A stretch of DNA of 63,140 nt, filler included, from Octopus bimaculoides (GCF_001194135.2; 5 parts of 4 records of this genome joined end to end with filler, not necessarily neighbours in it), one strand, 5' to 3'. Numbered from the whole stretch's first letter, positions 39,496 to 52,657 are shown. Notes: generated by a model from the letters alone, not told the origin. A program made the numbers and translations.

Positions 39496-39849
39496 AAATC
39501 AAGGCAGTATTTGTACCAGATCTTTGTGCTCTAGGGTTTTGGGAAGTAGATTTAATTCATGGCCGTGTTAAACAATCCCACCGCCTGGGGTAACATTATT
39601 GGGGTTATTCGGTTGCAAGCTTTTGGGTAATGTCTCTGGTTTGAGGATAACTTTCTCATTTCATACTAGCAGTCTCAGAAACCTTCACCAAGTAAAGAGG
39701 AGCAGCCGCCGCTTCTCTTTATTTCCTTGACCGAACGGTAAGATCAACAACAACAGCAACAGCAACAACAACGACGACGACGACAGCAACAGGAAACCTT
39801 GTTAACTTTCTAGACAAAAATCCCGGATTACTCTGCCATCTCCAAAGCG

Positions 39850-41170
39850 TCCCACGCATCGGCCCAGTGCATCTTCCACTTCCTCCGCCGAAATCGGCTT
39901 CTCGCAGCACTTGATATCTTTGTCCGATGGGCGCGGCATACCCCCGAGGTAAACCTCAAAACCCGCTGTGTCAAGGATGTCACTCCTCGAAAAGTGGTCG
40001 GCGAAATGCTACCGAAACATTGCGCTTATCTGTTTGGAATCGGAGTGCACATGGCCACTGCGGTCCGTCACAGAGCGGATCTTAGATCTGTTTCTATGCT
40101 GTGCCTCCGCTACCAGGGCCCAACCAATGGCTTTTGAGCTTTCGTGTTTCAAGGCAAGCACCCTAGCTCGAACAATACAGCCTTCATGTTTTACGTCGAA
40201 GAAATAGTCTAGTGCCCTTCTCGCCGCTAGCACGTCATTTGCAATCCCACTTTTATGTGCCTCTTCTAAGTTTCTAACTAGTTTATTTTTTATTCTGTTG
40301 TTCTCTAAAGCAATCTCTTTGCTAAAACTAACAGACACCTCTCTGATTTTCGTTTTTAAGGAGACCCACCACCTATTGTTGATGATGGCTCCCGTCAATT
40401 TCTGTTTAAGTAGTCTACTAATCCGGTCCCTAAAATCTTTGCGCGACGGGAAGGACGCGGTCATCTTCCAGTAACTAGGTCCTAGTCTGATTGTTTTCCT
40501 AAGTTGACTGTAAAAATCCAGAATCTTTCATCTGAACAGCGAACGATCTGAAAATGTGGGCAACTTATACTATGCTTGTATGCCAGCCTAATAAAAACCT
40601 TTTCTAAGTATGACCTGGATGACCCGCTACGATTTGACCAAGTCCACACTGGTGTATTTGGGTGATCGAGGTGAAGCCTGTCATACAGTTGGAAATGCCT
40701 GAGGAAGTTAGCGAGGCTTTGCACCCCACTCTCTTATCCGCTGCTCCTACATAATCTTTGCTTGTGTCTAAGTTCCCATTCCAGTCGCCCACTAACACTA
40801 ATGAGCAAGATGTTCCTAGGAAAGTCTCTAGACATCTAAAGAAATCTGGCCGTCCAACCCTATTGGGGCATAGAGTTCCACCAGTCTGAAAGCTCCCCTG
40901 TTGCCTTCTTTGCTGCTTACATCCAAGACCACCATTCTACCGACCGGGTCGGGGAAAACTGTATTCACCTTCAAGTCAAAGCCTTTCCGAAAAAGCACCG
41001 TGAAGCCATTTGATACAGGCCGACCAGAGGATTATAAACCTCATAGTCATCCAGAAGAAGAGCAAGCGATTGTGTTTCGGAAATCCTAGTTCAGATATAG
41101 TGACTTGAGCTTGTTGAGCAGGTGACACTGTTTCCATGCTGATCTCAGGCCACGAGCATTTATACAACCT
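39850..41170 (-). mobile_element. Tx1/L1-type LINE ORF2 fragment (AP endonuclease to start of RT)
   Basis: VFPDPVGRMVVLDV, AFRLVELYAP, LVGDWN, WTWSNRSGSSRSYLE, SYWK, CEKPISAEEVEDAL; stops and frameshifts present. Confidence 0.88.
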
Positions 41171-41309
41171 CTTCTTAGAATTGCCATTCCAGGAGGAGAG
41201 AAAGAAACAAAAGAAGAGTCAATCACTTACTCTTGGTTTGGGTTGACCTTTTTTCGGGGCCTTTGAACGGACCTTTCAATATCCTTTTTATAATAATTAA
41301 AATAAATGA

Positions 41310-41770
41310 ACCTAGTAAAGTACTAGAAAGTACGAAATATAAAATGTGGAACTTTAACATTCAGACTGACAGAGTAACAGAAGCTGGAAGGCCTGATTTG
41401 GTAGTAGAAGATAAAGAGAATAGAAAGTGCCAGATAATTGACTTTACAGTCCCAAATGATAAAAAAATTAATATGATAAGTATAGAGAAAATAGCAAAGT
41501 ACCAGGACCTGACCATTGAATTACAGAGACTATGGAAAGTGCGGGTAAAATGTATCTCAGTAGTTTTAGGTGCATTGGGAACTATCCCTAAAGATCTGAA
41601 CAGCTGGATAGAGGAAATAAAACCCAGTATAGTACAGCTCCAGAAAACGGTGTTATTAGGGACAGCTAGGATACTCAGGAGGGATCTTGGCATCTAAGGT
41701 CATTTGTTGGAGCCCGATGTTAGGATTTTTTCTTTTCCAACAGTCTAATCTGTTGTGCCTATATGAGTAA
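41310..41770 (+). mobile_element. R4/Dong-clade LINE 3' fragment with open endonuclease frame
   Basis: WNFNIQTDRVTEAGRPDLVVEDK..CQIIDFTVPND..EKIAKYQDL..ELQRLW..VVLGALGTIPK..QKTVLLGTARILR; the 3'UTR ends in taataat. Confidence 0.88.
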
Positions 41771-41775
41771 TAATG

Positions 41776-41986
41776 CTTTCTACAATAGGCACAAGGCCTG
41801 AAATTTTGGGGGAGGGGATGAGTCGATTACATTGGCTCCAGTGTTTCAGTGGTACTTAATTTATTGACCCCGAAAGGATGAAAGGCAAAGTCAACCGCAG
41901 TGGAATTTGAACTCAGAACGTAAAGACGGACGAAATACCGCTAAGCATTTCGTGCAGCGTCCTAACTATTCTGCCAGCTCGCCGCC

Positions 41987-41988
<2 letters not shown>
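41776..41988 (-). mobile_element. SINE family B, full length
   Basis: ...ctgccagctcgccgcc then (AAT)n. Confidence 0.9.
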
Positions 41989-42047
<59 letters not shown>

Positions 42048-42229
42048 TTTCATTTATTTACTACGAGGGTAAAAGATGAGGGGGATAATACAGAGACAGA
42101 CAGAGGGGGTTTAGACAAATAATGAAATGATAACAAAAAAATGTAAACACGGTATACACTGGAAAAGAGGAGACATGCATAGTATACAGAGGTACAAAGA
42201 GAAAAAAAAAGCGGGGGATGAAGATGATA

Positions 42230-42800
42230 GAGATGTGGCCCTCCTGATAAGGAACGCCTCTAGTGATAACCGAGGAACTCTACTGTCCGACATTTTCCTG
42301 AAACCCTACAAGCAAGTGCACTCTCCAATTCCTCCTCTCCGACTCACAGACCTGCACTTAGAGAGGTACCATCCACTCTTGCCATTTTCGCGACTGTCAC
42401 TCACCTTTCAATAAACTCACTCTCAATTTCCTTTTCAAGTCAAACTTGAAAAAATCAATGCCAGCTCTACCAAAGAGGACTGTATCTGTCTCGTGCCTTT
42501 CAGCGATGAAAATAATGATAAAGTAGGTAGATAAAGTCCTTCATTCTCTGTGGCCTATCGCTTTCTCTGAATAGTTGGGCAAAGTGCTGCCGGAGGGCAG
42601 CGCGCATTTGCTTGGAACAGCGCAGTGCGTACCCAGTTTGATCTGTCAAAAACTGAATTGTGGATTTGTTGATACGTTGCGCCTACTCCACTCCAGTCAA
42701 CCGGACGGCTTTCGTTCCTTGTTGTTTCAAGGCACGAACTCTAGCGCTGATAACGCAACCATCGTGTTTCGCATTGAAAAAGTGCCGCGATGTCACTTCT
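42230..42800 (-). mobile_element. Tx1/L1-type LINE fragment, decayed, same family as 39850-41170
   Basis: FFNAKHDGCVISARVRALKQQGTKAV...LRQHFAQLF aligns with FFDVKHEGCIVRARVLALKHESSKAI of ORF 40009-40464; ITRGV further on. Confidence 0.75.
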
Positions 42801-42807
42801 AATTGCC

Positions 42808-43130
42808 TTCATCATCATCATCATCATCATCATCATTACTATTATCATCATCGTCATCAACGTCGCCGTCGTCGCCGTCGTCATCGTTGTCGTTGTCGTT
42901 GTCATCATCATCATCGTCATCATCATCATCATCATCATCTTCATCATCATCGCCATCACCGTCTTCATCACCATCATCATCATCATCGTCATCATCATCA
43001 TCCTCTCCACCGGTACCACCATTTTGGTCGTTGTAGTCATCATTATCATCATGGTTATCATAGTCCTCACCGGCATCGCCGCTTTCGTCATCGTCGTCAT
43101 CATCTTCGTCGTCGTCGTCATCATCATCAT

Positions 43131-43169
<39 letters not shown>

Positions 43170-43170
43170 G
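42808..43170. repeat. Degenerate (CAT/CGT)n trinucleotide expansion
   Basis: Direct inspection; gives poly-His/Asp/Ile/Ser pseudo-ORFs. Confidence 0.92.
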
Positions 43171-43189
43171 AGCAGCAATGTCACCTTCC

Positions 43190-43272
43190 TTAACAAGCAA
43201 CAACATCACATTCCCTCGTCGACTTCACTCGGAAGAGCTTCACTGAACATCTATTGTCATTCGTGTTCTGCT
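43190..43272 (-). CDS. Candidate terminal exon of a putative small secreted protein gene
   Basis: Strong acceptor ttttttttttgtttctctaatttgctgcttccgtag; phase-1 frame QNTNDNRCSVKLFRVKSTRECDVVAC*. Confidence 0.3.
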
Positions 43273-43325
43273 CTACGGAAGCAGCAAATTAGAGAAACAA
43301 AAAAAAAATCAAAACAATAATAATA

Positions 43326-43371
<46 letters not shown>

Positions 43372-43460
43372 TAATAATAATGATAATAATATACAAAACA
43401 AAACATAACTACGGTGTTGTCGTATCTGGGAACTGCAGATGCATCCTTACACACACACAC

Positions 43461-43491
<31 letters not shown>

Positions 43492-43707
43492 TACGCTTGC
43501 AGACACATGTAGACAACTAAAGGTTTACATAACTGGCTTCGATAAGTTTCAGTACGCTTGGCTTCAGTCACCTGTGTCAACCTTACTAATACCCACTCTC
43601 TCTGTCTTTGTCTCTGTCTGTCTGTCTCTCACACCCAGCCACACACCCATCCCCTCACTCACTCACTCACTCACTGACTCTCTATCTTCCTTCTGTCTGT
43701 CTGTCTG

Positions 43708-43742
<35 letters not shown>

Positions 43743-43753
43743 ATGTCTCACGC

Positions 43754-43808
<55 letters not shown>

Positions 43809-43924
43809 NNNNNNNNNNNNNNNNNNNNNNNNNNNNNNNNNNNNNNNNNNNNTTAATTAATTAANNNNNNNNNNNNNNNNNNNNNNNNNNNNNNNNNNNN
43901 NNNNNNNNATATATATATATATAT

Positions 43925-44075
43925 AGGTGCAGGAGTGGCTATGTGCTGAGTAGCTTGCTTACCAACCACATGGTTCTGGGTTCAGTCCCACTGCATGGCA
44001 CCTTGTGCAAGTGTCTTCTACTATAGCCTCGGGCCTTGTGAGTGGATTTCGTAGACAGAAACTGAAAGAAGCCTA
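43925..44075 (+). mobile_element. SINE family A, 5' half
   Basis: ggtgcaggagtggctatgtg...gaaactgaaagaagcc followed by (CA)n. Confidence 0.85.
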
Positions 44076-44078
44076 TCA

Positions 44079-44134
<56 letters not shown>

Positions 44135-44237
44135 NNNNNNNNNNNNNNNNNNNNNNNNNNNNNNNNNNNNNNNNNNNNNNNNNNNNNNNNNNNNNNNNNN
44201 NNNNNNNNNNNNNNNNNNNNNNNNNNNNNNNNNNNNN

Positions 44238-44289
<52 letters not shown>

Positions 44290-44294
44290 ATGGA

Positions 44295-44462
44295 TGGAGT
44301 GGAGGTGCATGGTGTACCACACTTTAGATGTCAAAGTGATAGCAGAACAACACGAGATGAAGTAATTTAGCTCAAAAAAACAACATGCTGCCCAGTCCTG
44401 GAATCAAACTTATGGTCTCACAATTCTGAGTACAACACCTTAACCAGTAGCATACGTGCTTT
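44295..44462 (-). mobile_element. tRNA-headed SINE fragment
   Basis: Reverse complement of a head (ggttaaggtgttg...tttgattccagg); shares aagtgatagcag..caac...gatgaagt with ~11020-11090. Confidence 0.55.
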
Positions 44463-44510
44463 CATATACATATGCATTACATATATATATATATATATGT
44501 ATGCATTCAC

Positions 44511-44584
<74 letters not shown>

Positions 44585-44988
44585 ACACATAAATATGTGC
44601 ATGTTTGTATACATATATATTCATGCAAATACACAAAGATATATACACATACACTGTCACATGTCTGAATATATATACAATATACAATCACATAGAAACA
44701 AAAATATATTATGCATGTATTTATGAAAACGTGTGTGTCTGTATCTGTGCAAATATATTTTTAAGTCTGTATATGAGGACATGTATAATTATACATACAT
44801 ACACATAAACGTACATATATGTACAATTGCATACATTATACATACACATACACACATACACCAGGTACGAAAAGGTATGTGGCATTAATAAGCTACTGCT
44901 ATTTCATGGACTCAGTCGTAAGAGGTTACATTAAAAGCTACTCATTTTCATATGCAACATGGCGATAAAACAGACAGGGAAGGAAAAG

Positions 44989-45021
<33 letters not shown>

Positions 45022-45484
45022 GATGGAGGGATAAAAGAGAGAGAGATGAAAAGATGATGTTTTTCAAATTTGATACTTTGATACTTTGGCATGCGCTGTA
45101 TACATCAGCGTGTTTCTGCATGACCACGTGTGTGTGTGCGCGTGTATGTAAGGAACGGAGTTATCAACTGTAAAATATTATGGCATTTGTTAAATTTTAA
45201 CTCTGCAGCTACTCTGCCATTTGTACTATTGCGTAGACGGACAGACAGACAGAGATGGAGACAGAGAAATTGTGTTTGAGTGCTTATGTGCTTGCACATG
45301 TATGCATATGTTAAAGTACTAATTAATGCAGAATTCAGAAAAAGTTACGATTATGTGATGTTCATGCATTTCTCAACACAATTTGGCAACATGAATGAAG
45401 AGAGATAACTAAAACTACAAGACAATAATATATCTAATGCAATTAGAGATTTTAAATCAATGCCATTCCCATATAGGTCATATT

Positions 45485-45540
<56 letters not shown>

Positions 45541-45556
45541 TGATGATGATGATGAT

Positions 45557-46864
45557 GATTTCAAAATTTGGCACAAGGCCAGCAAGTCGGGGAGGGACTT
45601 AAGTAGATTAAATTGATCCCAGTGTTCAACTGGTACTTATTCTATCAACCCCGAAAGGATGAAAGCCAAAGACAATGTTGGTGGAATTTGAACAGAATGT
45701 GAAGACAAATGAAATGCTACTAAACATCTTGCTCAGCGTGATGATAATTAATAATAACAATAATTTCAAATTTTGGCACAAGGCCAGCAAGTTCAGGAGA
45801 GAGGGTAAGTCAAATTCATCAACCCCAACTGGTACTTATTTTATCAGCCCCGAAAGGATGAAAAACCGAGTCGGACCTTGGTGGAGTTTGAACTCAGAAC
45901 GTGAAGATAGATGAAATGCCACGCAACATTTTACCCAGTGCGGTAACCATTCTGCCAGCTTGCCACCTTAATAATAATAACAACAACAACAATACTTATC
46001 CTTTCTACCATAAGCACAAGGGCAGGAATTTAAAGAGAAGGGATTTGTGAATTACATCAACCCCAGTGTGTAACTGGTACTGGAAAAAATGACAGGCGAA
46101 ATCAACTTTGGCAGTATTTGAACTTAGAATGTAGAGCAGGAGAAAAAGTCACTGGGAATTTAGTCCTGTGCACTAACAATTCAGCCAGCTCACCACTTTA
46201 ACGACAATATTAATTATAATCCTTTCTTATTTTCACACAAGGCCAGCAATTTCAAGGGGTGAGATTATGCCCTGAGCTGGCAGAATCATTAGTGAAACAA
46301 ACAAAGTACTAAGCAGCATTTCTTCAGGTGTCTTAAGTTCAAATTCCACTAAGGTTGACTTTGCTTTCGTCCTTTTGGGGTCAAATAAATAAATAAATAA
46401 ATACCAGCTCAACACTGGGGTCAATGTAATCAACTTTTCTCCTTCCCTATTAATGCTAGCCTTGTGTCATAATCTGATACCCTATAACAAAGAGGAGGGG
46501 GTAAGTTTGGAGGAGGGGGTAAGTTGATTACATCAAAGGCAAAGTCGACCTCAGTGGAATTTTGGACTCAGAACATAAGGAGAGACAAAATGGCACTAAC
46601 TATTTTATCTCACATGTTAATGACTCTACCCGCTCGCCACCTTGATAATGATGTTAATGGATTCAAATTTTGGCACAGGGCCAGCTGTCTTTGAGGGGAG
46701 GGGGAGCTGATTTACATCTTGGCAGGCACTTAATTGATCAACCCCAAAAGGATGTGAAAAGCAAACGTGACCTCAGCAGAATGTGGACCCTGGATGTAAA
46801 GATGAATGAATTGGCACTAAGCATTTTGTCTGGCATGCTAACAATCCTGTCAGCTTACTGCCTA

Positions 46865-46913
<49 letters not shown>

Positions 46914-47960
46914 GTTTCAAATTTTGTCACAAGGGCGGCAATTTTGGAGGAGGAAGGAAGAGACGATTACATCGACCCCCAGTGTTTCACTAATACTTAA
47001 TTTATCGACCCTGAAAGGATGAAAGGCAAAGTTGACCTTGGCAGAATTTGAACTCAGAATGCAGTGACGGGCAAAATACTGCTAAGCATTTCATCCGGCA
47101 TGCTAACGACTCTGCCAGCTCGTCACCTTAATAATAATAATAATGNNNNNNNNNNNNNNNNNNNNNNNNNNNNNNNNNNNNNNNNNNNNNNNNNNNNNNN
47201 NNNNNNNNNNNNNNNNNNNNNNNNNNNNNNNNNNNNNNNNNNNNNNNNNNNNNNNNNNNNNNNNNNNNNNNNNNNNNNNNNNNNNNNNNNNNNNAGAAGA
47301 AGAAGAAGAAGAAGAAGAAGCAGCAGTTTGTTACAAGGACATCAATCTTAGTAGGGAGGGTCATTAGTGAATCACCACCCACCCCGTCCCATCTTGATTG
47401 GTACTTTTATTTTATCAGCCTGAAATGACGAAAGGCAAAACTAAACTCAATTCTGCAGAATTTGAAATCAGAACATAGAAGAGCTCATAGCTAAATACTG
47501 CAATGGCGATTTTGTCCAATGCTCTAAGGATTATTACAACCCACTGCCCTTAAATATTTCTGGTATGGGAGGGAACAAGGCCTGAAATATAAGGAGGGGT
47601 ACAACCAGTACTACCAACCCTAGTGCTTGTCTAGTACCTTATCTTATTAACCCCCCGAAAGGATGAGCAGCAACATTTACATCAGCGTGGTTTGAACTCA
47701 GAACATAAAATTACCAGAGGAAAATATGTTAAGGCATTTTTTCCAATTCTCTGCAATTCTACTATTCTTTCAAATTTTGGCACTGGGCCAGCAGTTTTTA
47801 AGGGTAGAGGAAGCCAATTACACTGACCCCAGTTTTTAACTGGTCACTATTTCATTAACCCCCAAAAAGATGAAAGGTAAAGATGACAAAAGCAGAATCT
47901 GAACTTGGAGCATAAAGATGGACGAAGTGCCGCTAAGCATTTTGCTCAGCATGCTAGTGG
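45557..47960 (-). mobile_element. Cluster of ~10 diverged family B SINEs separated by (AAT)/(AAC) tails
   Basis: Repeated ggcacaaggcc...gaaaggatgaaagg...gaactcagaa units at about 45557, 45764, 45996, 46505, 46660, 46913, 47330, 47570 and 47766; one plus-strand copy at ~46275-46470. Confidence 0.88.
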
Positions 47961-48273
47961 AATAACAATAATAATAACAACAATAATAATAATAATAATG
48001 GATTTACATCGTCATTATTATTATCATTATTACTAAAACATAAGCTCCAATATATACACACATGTAATTTTATCAGCCTGAAATGATGATACAAACACAT
48101 ACACACATATGGACAGACAGGTAGTAAAAAAAAAAATTATACATAAACATACAAATTAATACAAAGGGCCTTGTCAACATATATTGTGGTATTACTTGCA
48201 AGCAAGGATGATAAACCTATCACCTACCTGTCACCACCCCCCCACACACACACACATAGAAATACAGAGTAAC

Positions 48274-48374
48274 TGTAATGAGAAAGTTTCGCAGCCAATG
48301 GATCATCAGACACTGCCTGACAAGCGACGACTGGTGAAACTTCAAAGTCACAATCAACCTGAGTTTCTTCTTGT
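48274..48374 (-). CDS. Candidate internal exon
   Basis: Acceptor ctattttccctaag; frame QEETQVDCDFEVSPVVACQAVSDDPLAAKLSHY; the donor (gttact) is weak. Confidence 0.22.
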
Positions 48375-49640
48375 CTTAGGGAAAATAGTTAGACTTTACT
48401 CCTGCATTGCATCATTTATCAATGCGTNNNNNNNNNNNNNNNNNNNNNNNNNNNNNNNNNNNNNNNNNNNNNNNNNNNNNNNNNNNNNNNNNNNNNNNNN
48501 NNNNNNNNNNNNNNNNNNNNNNNNNNNNNNNNNNNNNNNNNNNNNNNNNNNNNNNNNNNNNNNNNNNNNNNNNNNNNNNNNNNNNNNNNNNNNNNNNNNN
48601 NNNNNNNNNNNNNNNNNNNNNNNNNNNNNNNNNNNNATATATATATATATATATAGGAATAAATTTCAATAATAATGGATATTAGCATCAAAACTCTCTT
48701 TTAAATTTAAAACTTTGGATATATAACCAGGGAGAACGATCCTTAAGGAGTCTAATTTAGACCTTTTGCAGTGAAATCTCTTGCTATATTGGTAACGATT
48801 ACATGTTTTTCTATGAACATATATATATATGCATGTGTGTATATGTCTGTTTAATGTTGGCTGTCAGAAAAAACAAGTACTCAATACCTTAACAAAGACT
48901 AATGATATAATTTATTTTGACTAAGTCGGTCATTTGCCACTCTGAGTTTCACCTGTGATGCACAGGTCTTCAGCCAAGTTATGAGTCACAAAAGACCAAA
49001 CTAAAATACATCATACATATACATATATACATATATATATATATCATCATCATCATCATCGTTTAACGTCCGCTTTCCATGCTAGCATGGGTTGGACGAT
49101 TTGACTGAGGACTGGTGCAACCACACACATACATAACACACATATATAGGCAAACATATACACGTGTATATGGATGTGTATTATATATACACACACGGAC
49201 AATGACGATATGCATATAAACAGACACGCACATTGGTGCATACACACACACATATACACGCATATCCATATGCATGCTTAAACCTTCTCGGGAAGAATAG
49301 GTAAGTTACCAGTTGAATCCTCCATCCATCCATCCATCCTTACATCCATTCATCCAACCACCCACCCCCACATCCACATCTACTCTTCATGGAAGGAACA
49401 GTCTGCCAGCCAGGCAGACAGACAGACAGGCAGGAAGGCAGGCAGGCAGGCAGGCAGGCAGTAAGTCAGACAGACACGCAGACGGACGGACAGACAGACA
49501 GACAGACAGTGTGTGAGTGAGTGAGTGAATGGAAAGCTGGCCTACTCTCACTACACCTCGCCACCTTCCATTCATTCTATCTATACAACTAAAGAAAGAG
49601 TGAAAAACCAATTAAAAGGCCACCACCAGACTATTTATAC

Positions 49641-49754
49641 GCTGCCTTTGTTAAGACGAATCCAGTTGCAGTGGGTGGTTTCGTTGGCAGCATCACACAG
49701 GGACAGACTCTCGTTATCCACATCGCGAGCATACATCGATATAATAGGTAATAC
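49641..49754 (-). CDS. Candidate internal exon (114 nt, phase 2-2), signal-peptide-like
   Basis: Unique-sequence island; YYLLYRCMLAMWITRVCPCVMLPTKPPTATGFVLTKA; weak donor gtataa. A plus-strand reading is also open. Confidence 0.3.
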
Positions 49755-49836
49755 CTAATACAGACTTATAGATACACAAACCAATACATACATATATATA
49801 TATATATGTATATATGCATATATATATAATATATAT

Positions 49837-49886
<50 letters not shown>

Positions 49887-50575
49887 CATACATATAACCT
49901 TACATGCACACATACATACAAGTATATATATGTACAAATGTGTCTGTGTAAGCGCGTGTTTGTACATAGAAAAATTACAAGAAAATATGGTTACACACCT
50001 ACATATGTACATTCACAATACTTACACACACACACACACCTATATTTCTAAACACACATGTAGAAACACACACACATACATCCATACATATATATATATA
50101 TGTAGAAACACACACATACATACCTACACACACGCGGAATAGAAGTGCACATATGCGAGGATGCAGAAATGCAATCAATACACCTTCCAAGTAGCATGTT
50201 TTTCCTCGCAACACTCCGATGTGTTAATATCATAAGCTTCGGCAAACGAAGGAATAGTGTTATAGGAGACCCCTCTCTTTCTCTTTCCTCTCTCTCCTTC
50301 GCAACAACAAACACATACCTACATACATATGTGTGAATATGTGCATAAATATATATGTATATATATATATATTTATATTTATATGTAGGCACATAGATAT
50401 ATATGTACACATGAAAATAGCAAAAATACTAAGGGTAAAAATAATTAAGGAATACTAATAATAATAATAATAACAATAATGATAATAACAATGATGATGA
50501 TGATGATGATATCAATGAAGAAGATGATAATGTATTGTGCGTGACACAGTAGAATGAACCTGAAAGCTAGCTTAC

Positions 50576-50726
50576 CAGAGTTGGTCCCCCATTACAACAG
50601 GAACTGCTTGTTTTCTCTCGCTTCACTTTTAATAGTTGGATACTGGATTTTGAGCTGGAAATTCGAAGAAAAAGCGTATACATTATATAACGGCAGAGCT
50701 CCTCTACGAATCGCTACAAATCATTC
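50576..50726 (-). CDS. Candidate first coding exon (5'UTR + ATG at 50590-50592)
   Basis: Acceptor ttttgtttgttttttgagcag, donor ctg|gtaagc, ATG in gtaATGG context with upstream in-frame stops. Confidence 0.33.
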
Positions 50727-51348
50727 CTGCTCAAAAAACAAACAAAAACAAAAGCCATGCAAAGCAAACAAGCAGACAAAACAAACAAGCAAATCAATCA
50801 AAGAATTCCAACTATAAAAGTTTAACCAATTTCACAGGGGGTATATTACCAGAATAGTATATATAATCAAATGATTTTTAAAGCAGCTACTCCATTGTAG
50901 TCATCTATTTTCCCTCTCTCTCTCTCGCTCACTCTCTCTCTCTCTCTCTCTCTCTATTTATTTCCCAGTGAGTCTCACTCTCTCTCTCTCTCTCTCATTC
51001 TTTCAACGATTTCATTTCTCTCATTCTCTTTCTTTCTTTCTCTCACTCACTCACTCTCTCTCTCTCTCATTCATTCAACAACATACATACACACCATACA
51101 CACAAACACTGCAAACACAGAAAGAGAGAGAGAAGACGGAAATCAAACAGATTCAAAATATTAAACAAAATTCAAGCGGCAGAAGAGAGAGAGAGAGAGA
51201 AAGAAGGAAAGAGAGCAAGAGAGAGAAAGAGAGAGAGAGAGAGAGAAGGCTGTATTAATTGTCAAACAATTAAAGGCATTTCAAAAAAAATTTGAAACAA
51301 AATTTTAGATTTTCATTTATTTCTTCATATTATTATTTTGATAATAAT

Positions 51349-51385
<37 letters not shown>

Positions 51386-51431
51386 AACACACATTTATTA
51401 TAATAATGATTATTATTATTATTATGGCTAT

Positions 51432-51655
51432 TATTTCTGCTATAAGCACAATGCCTGGAATTTTGGGGGTAGAGGCTGGTCAGTTACATTGACTTCACTG
51501 ACCGACTGGTACTTAATTTCACCAACCCCGAGAAGAATGGAAAGCAAAAATGGACCTTGGCTGAATTTTTTTCAACTCAGAATGTGAGTGCAGATGAAAT
51601 TCCGTCAAGCAGTTTGTCCAGCATACTAGCAATTCTGCCAGCTCACTGACCCAAT
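51432..51655 (-). mobile_element. SINE family B
   Basis: aagcacaatgcctgg...gaattttttttcaactcagaa...ctgccagctcac. Confidence 0.75.
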
Positions 51656-52250
51656 AATANNNNNNNNNNNNNNNNNNNNNNNNNNNNNNNNNNNNNNNNN
51701 NNNNNNNNNNNNNNNNNNNNNNNNNNNNNNNNNNNNNNNNNNNNNNNNNNNNNNNNNNNNNNNNNNNNNNNNNNNNNNNNNNNNNNNNNNNNNNNNNNNN
51801 NNNNNNNNNNNNNNNNNNNNNNNNNNNNNNNNNNNNNNNNNNNNNNNNNNNNNNNNNNNNNNNNNNNNNNNNNNNNNNNNNNNNNNNNNNNNNNNNNNNN
51901 NNNNNNNNNNNNNNNNNNNNNNNNNNNNNNNNNNNNNNNNNNNNNNNNNNNNNNNNNNNNNNNNNNNNNNNNNNNNNNNNNNNNNNNNNNNNNNNNNNNN
52001 NNNNNNNNNNNNNNNNNNNNNNNNNTATAAATACACACACATACACACAGGTATGTTTTCAAGAGGCAGGAATAATGAGAAAGAGAGAAAATGAACAGAA
52101 AGTGTAATTATTATTCTTCAGACGGCTGAGAAGAAAGAAAGTGGCAGTGTGCTTGACGTTTCAAGTGGAAGTCCTTCTTCGGAATAATAAACAGGAAAAT
52201 CGTTAAAAGGAGGGAGAAATCAAGACTAATGGAAAATTACTATTACACAT

Positions 52251-52294
<44 letters not shown>

Positions 52295-52617
52295 CACACA
52301 CACATAATAGAGACACACTTGCACATACATACATGTATGTGTGTGGGAGTGTTAGGCATGTTTCTAGCCTTGCCATGAATGTATGTGCTCTATGTGTGTA
52401 TGTATGTGTGTTTATGTACACACACATACATTTATGTAAACAATCACATACACACACACACAGAGTTGTTGCTCTTTTTAATTAAATTTAACATGAATAA
52501 ATTATAGCCACCATCAAACACCATTCTGTTAACCCCCCAAAAAAATGAAGAACAAAGTGCCAGAGATCCTCTCCTTCAAATATATATCCATGGAAATTTA
52601 ATTAAAAGAAAATTTTG

Positions 52618-52657
<40 letters not shown>

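Noticed and set aside
42405-42525. Apparent exons with good splice sites on both strands
   Set aside because: The region lies inside the decayed Tx1 LINE fragment 42230-42800. This also shows that splice signals alone are weak evidence in this window.
42696-43320. Poly-His, poly-Asp, poly-Ile, poly-Met and poly-Ser ORFs
   Set aside because: All are frames of one (CAT)n expansion.
45557-47960. CRISPR-like repeat-spacer appearance
   Set aside because: The units are ~200-bp diverged SINEs in a eukaryotic context, and there are no cas genes.
49641-49754. Minus frame DAANETTHCNWIRL resembling a PR/SET-domain motif
   Set aside because: The frame stops shortly afterwards and there is no suitable donor or continuation.
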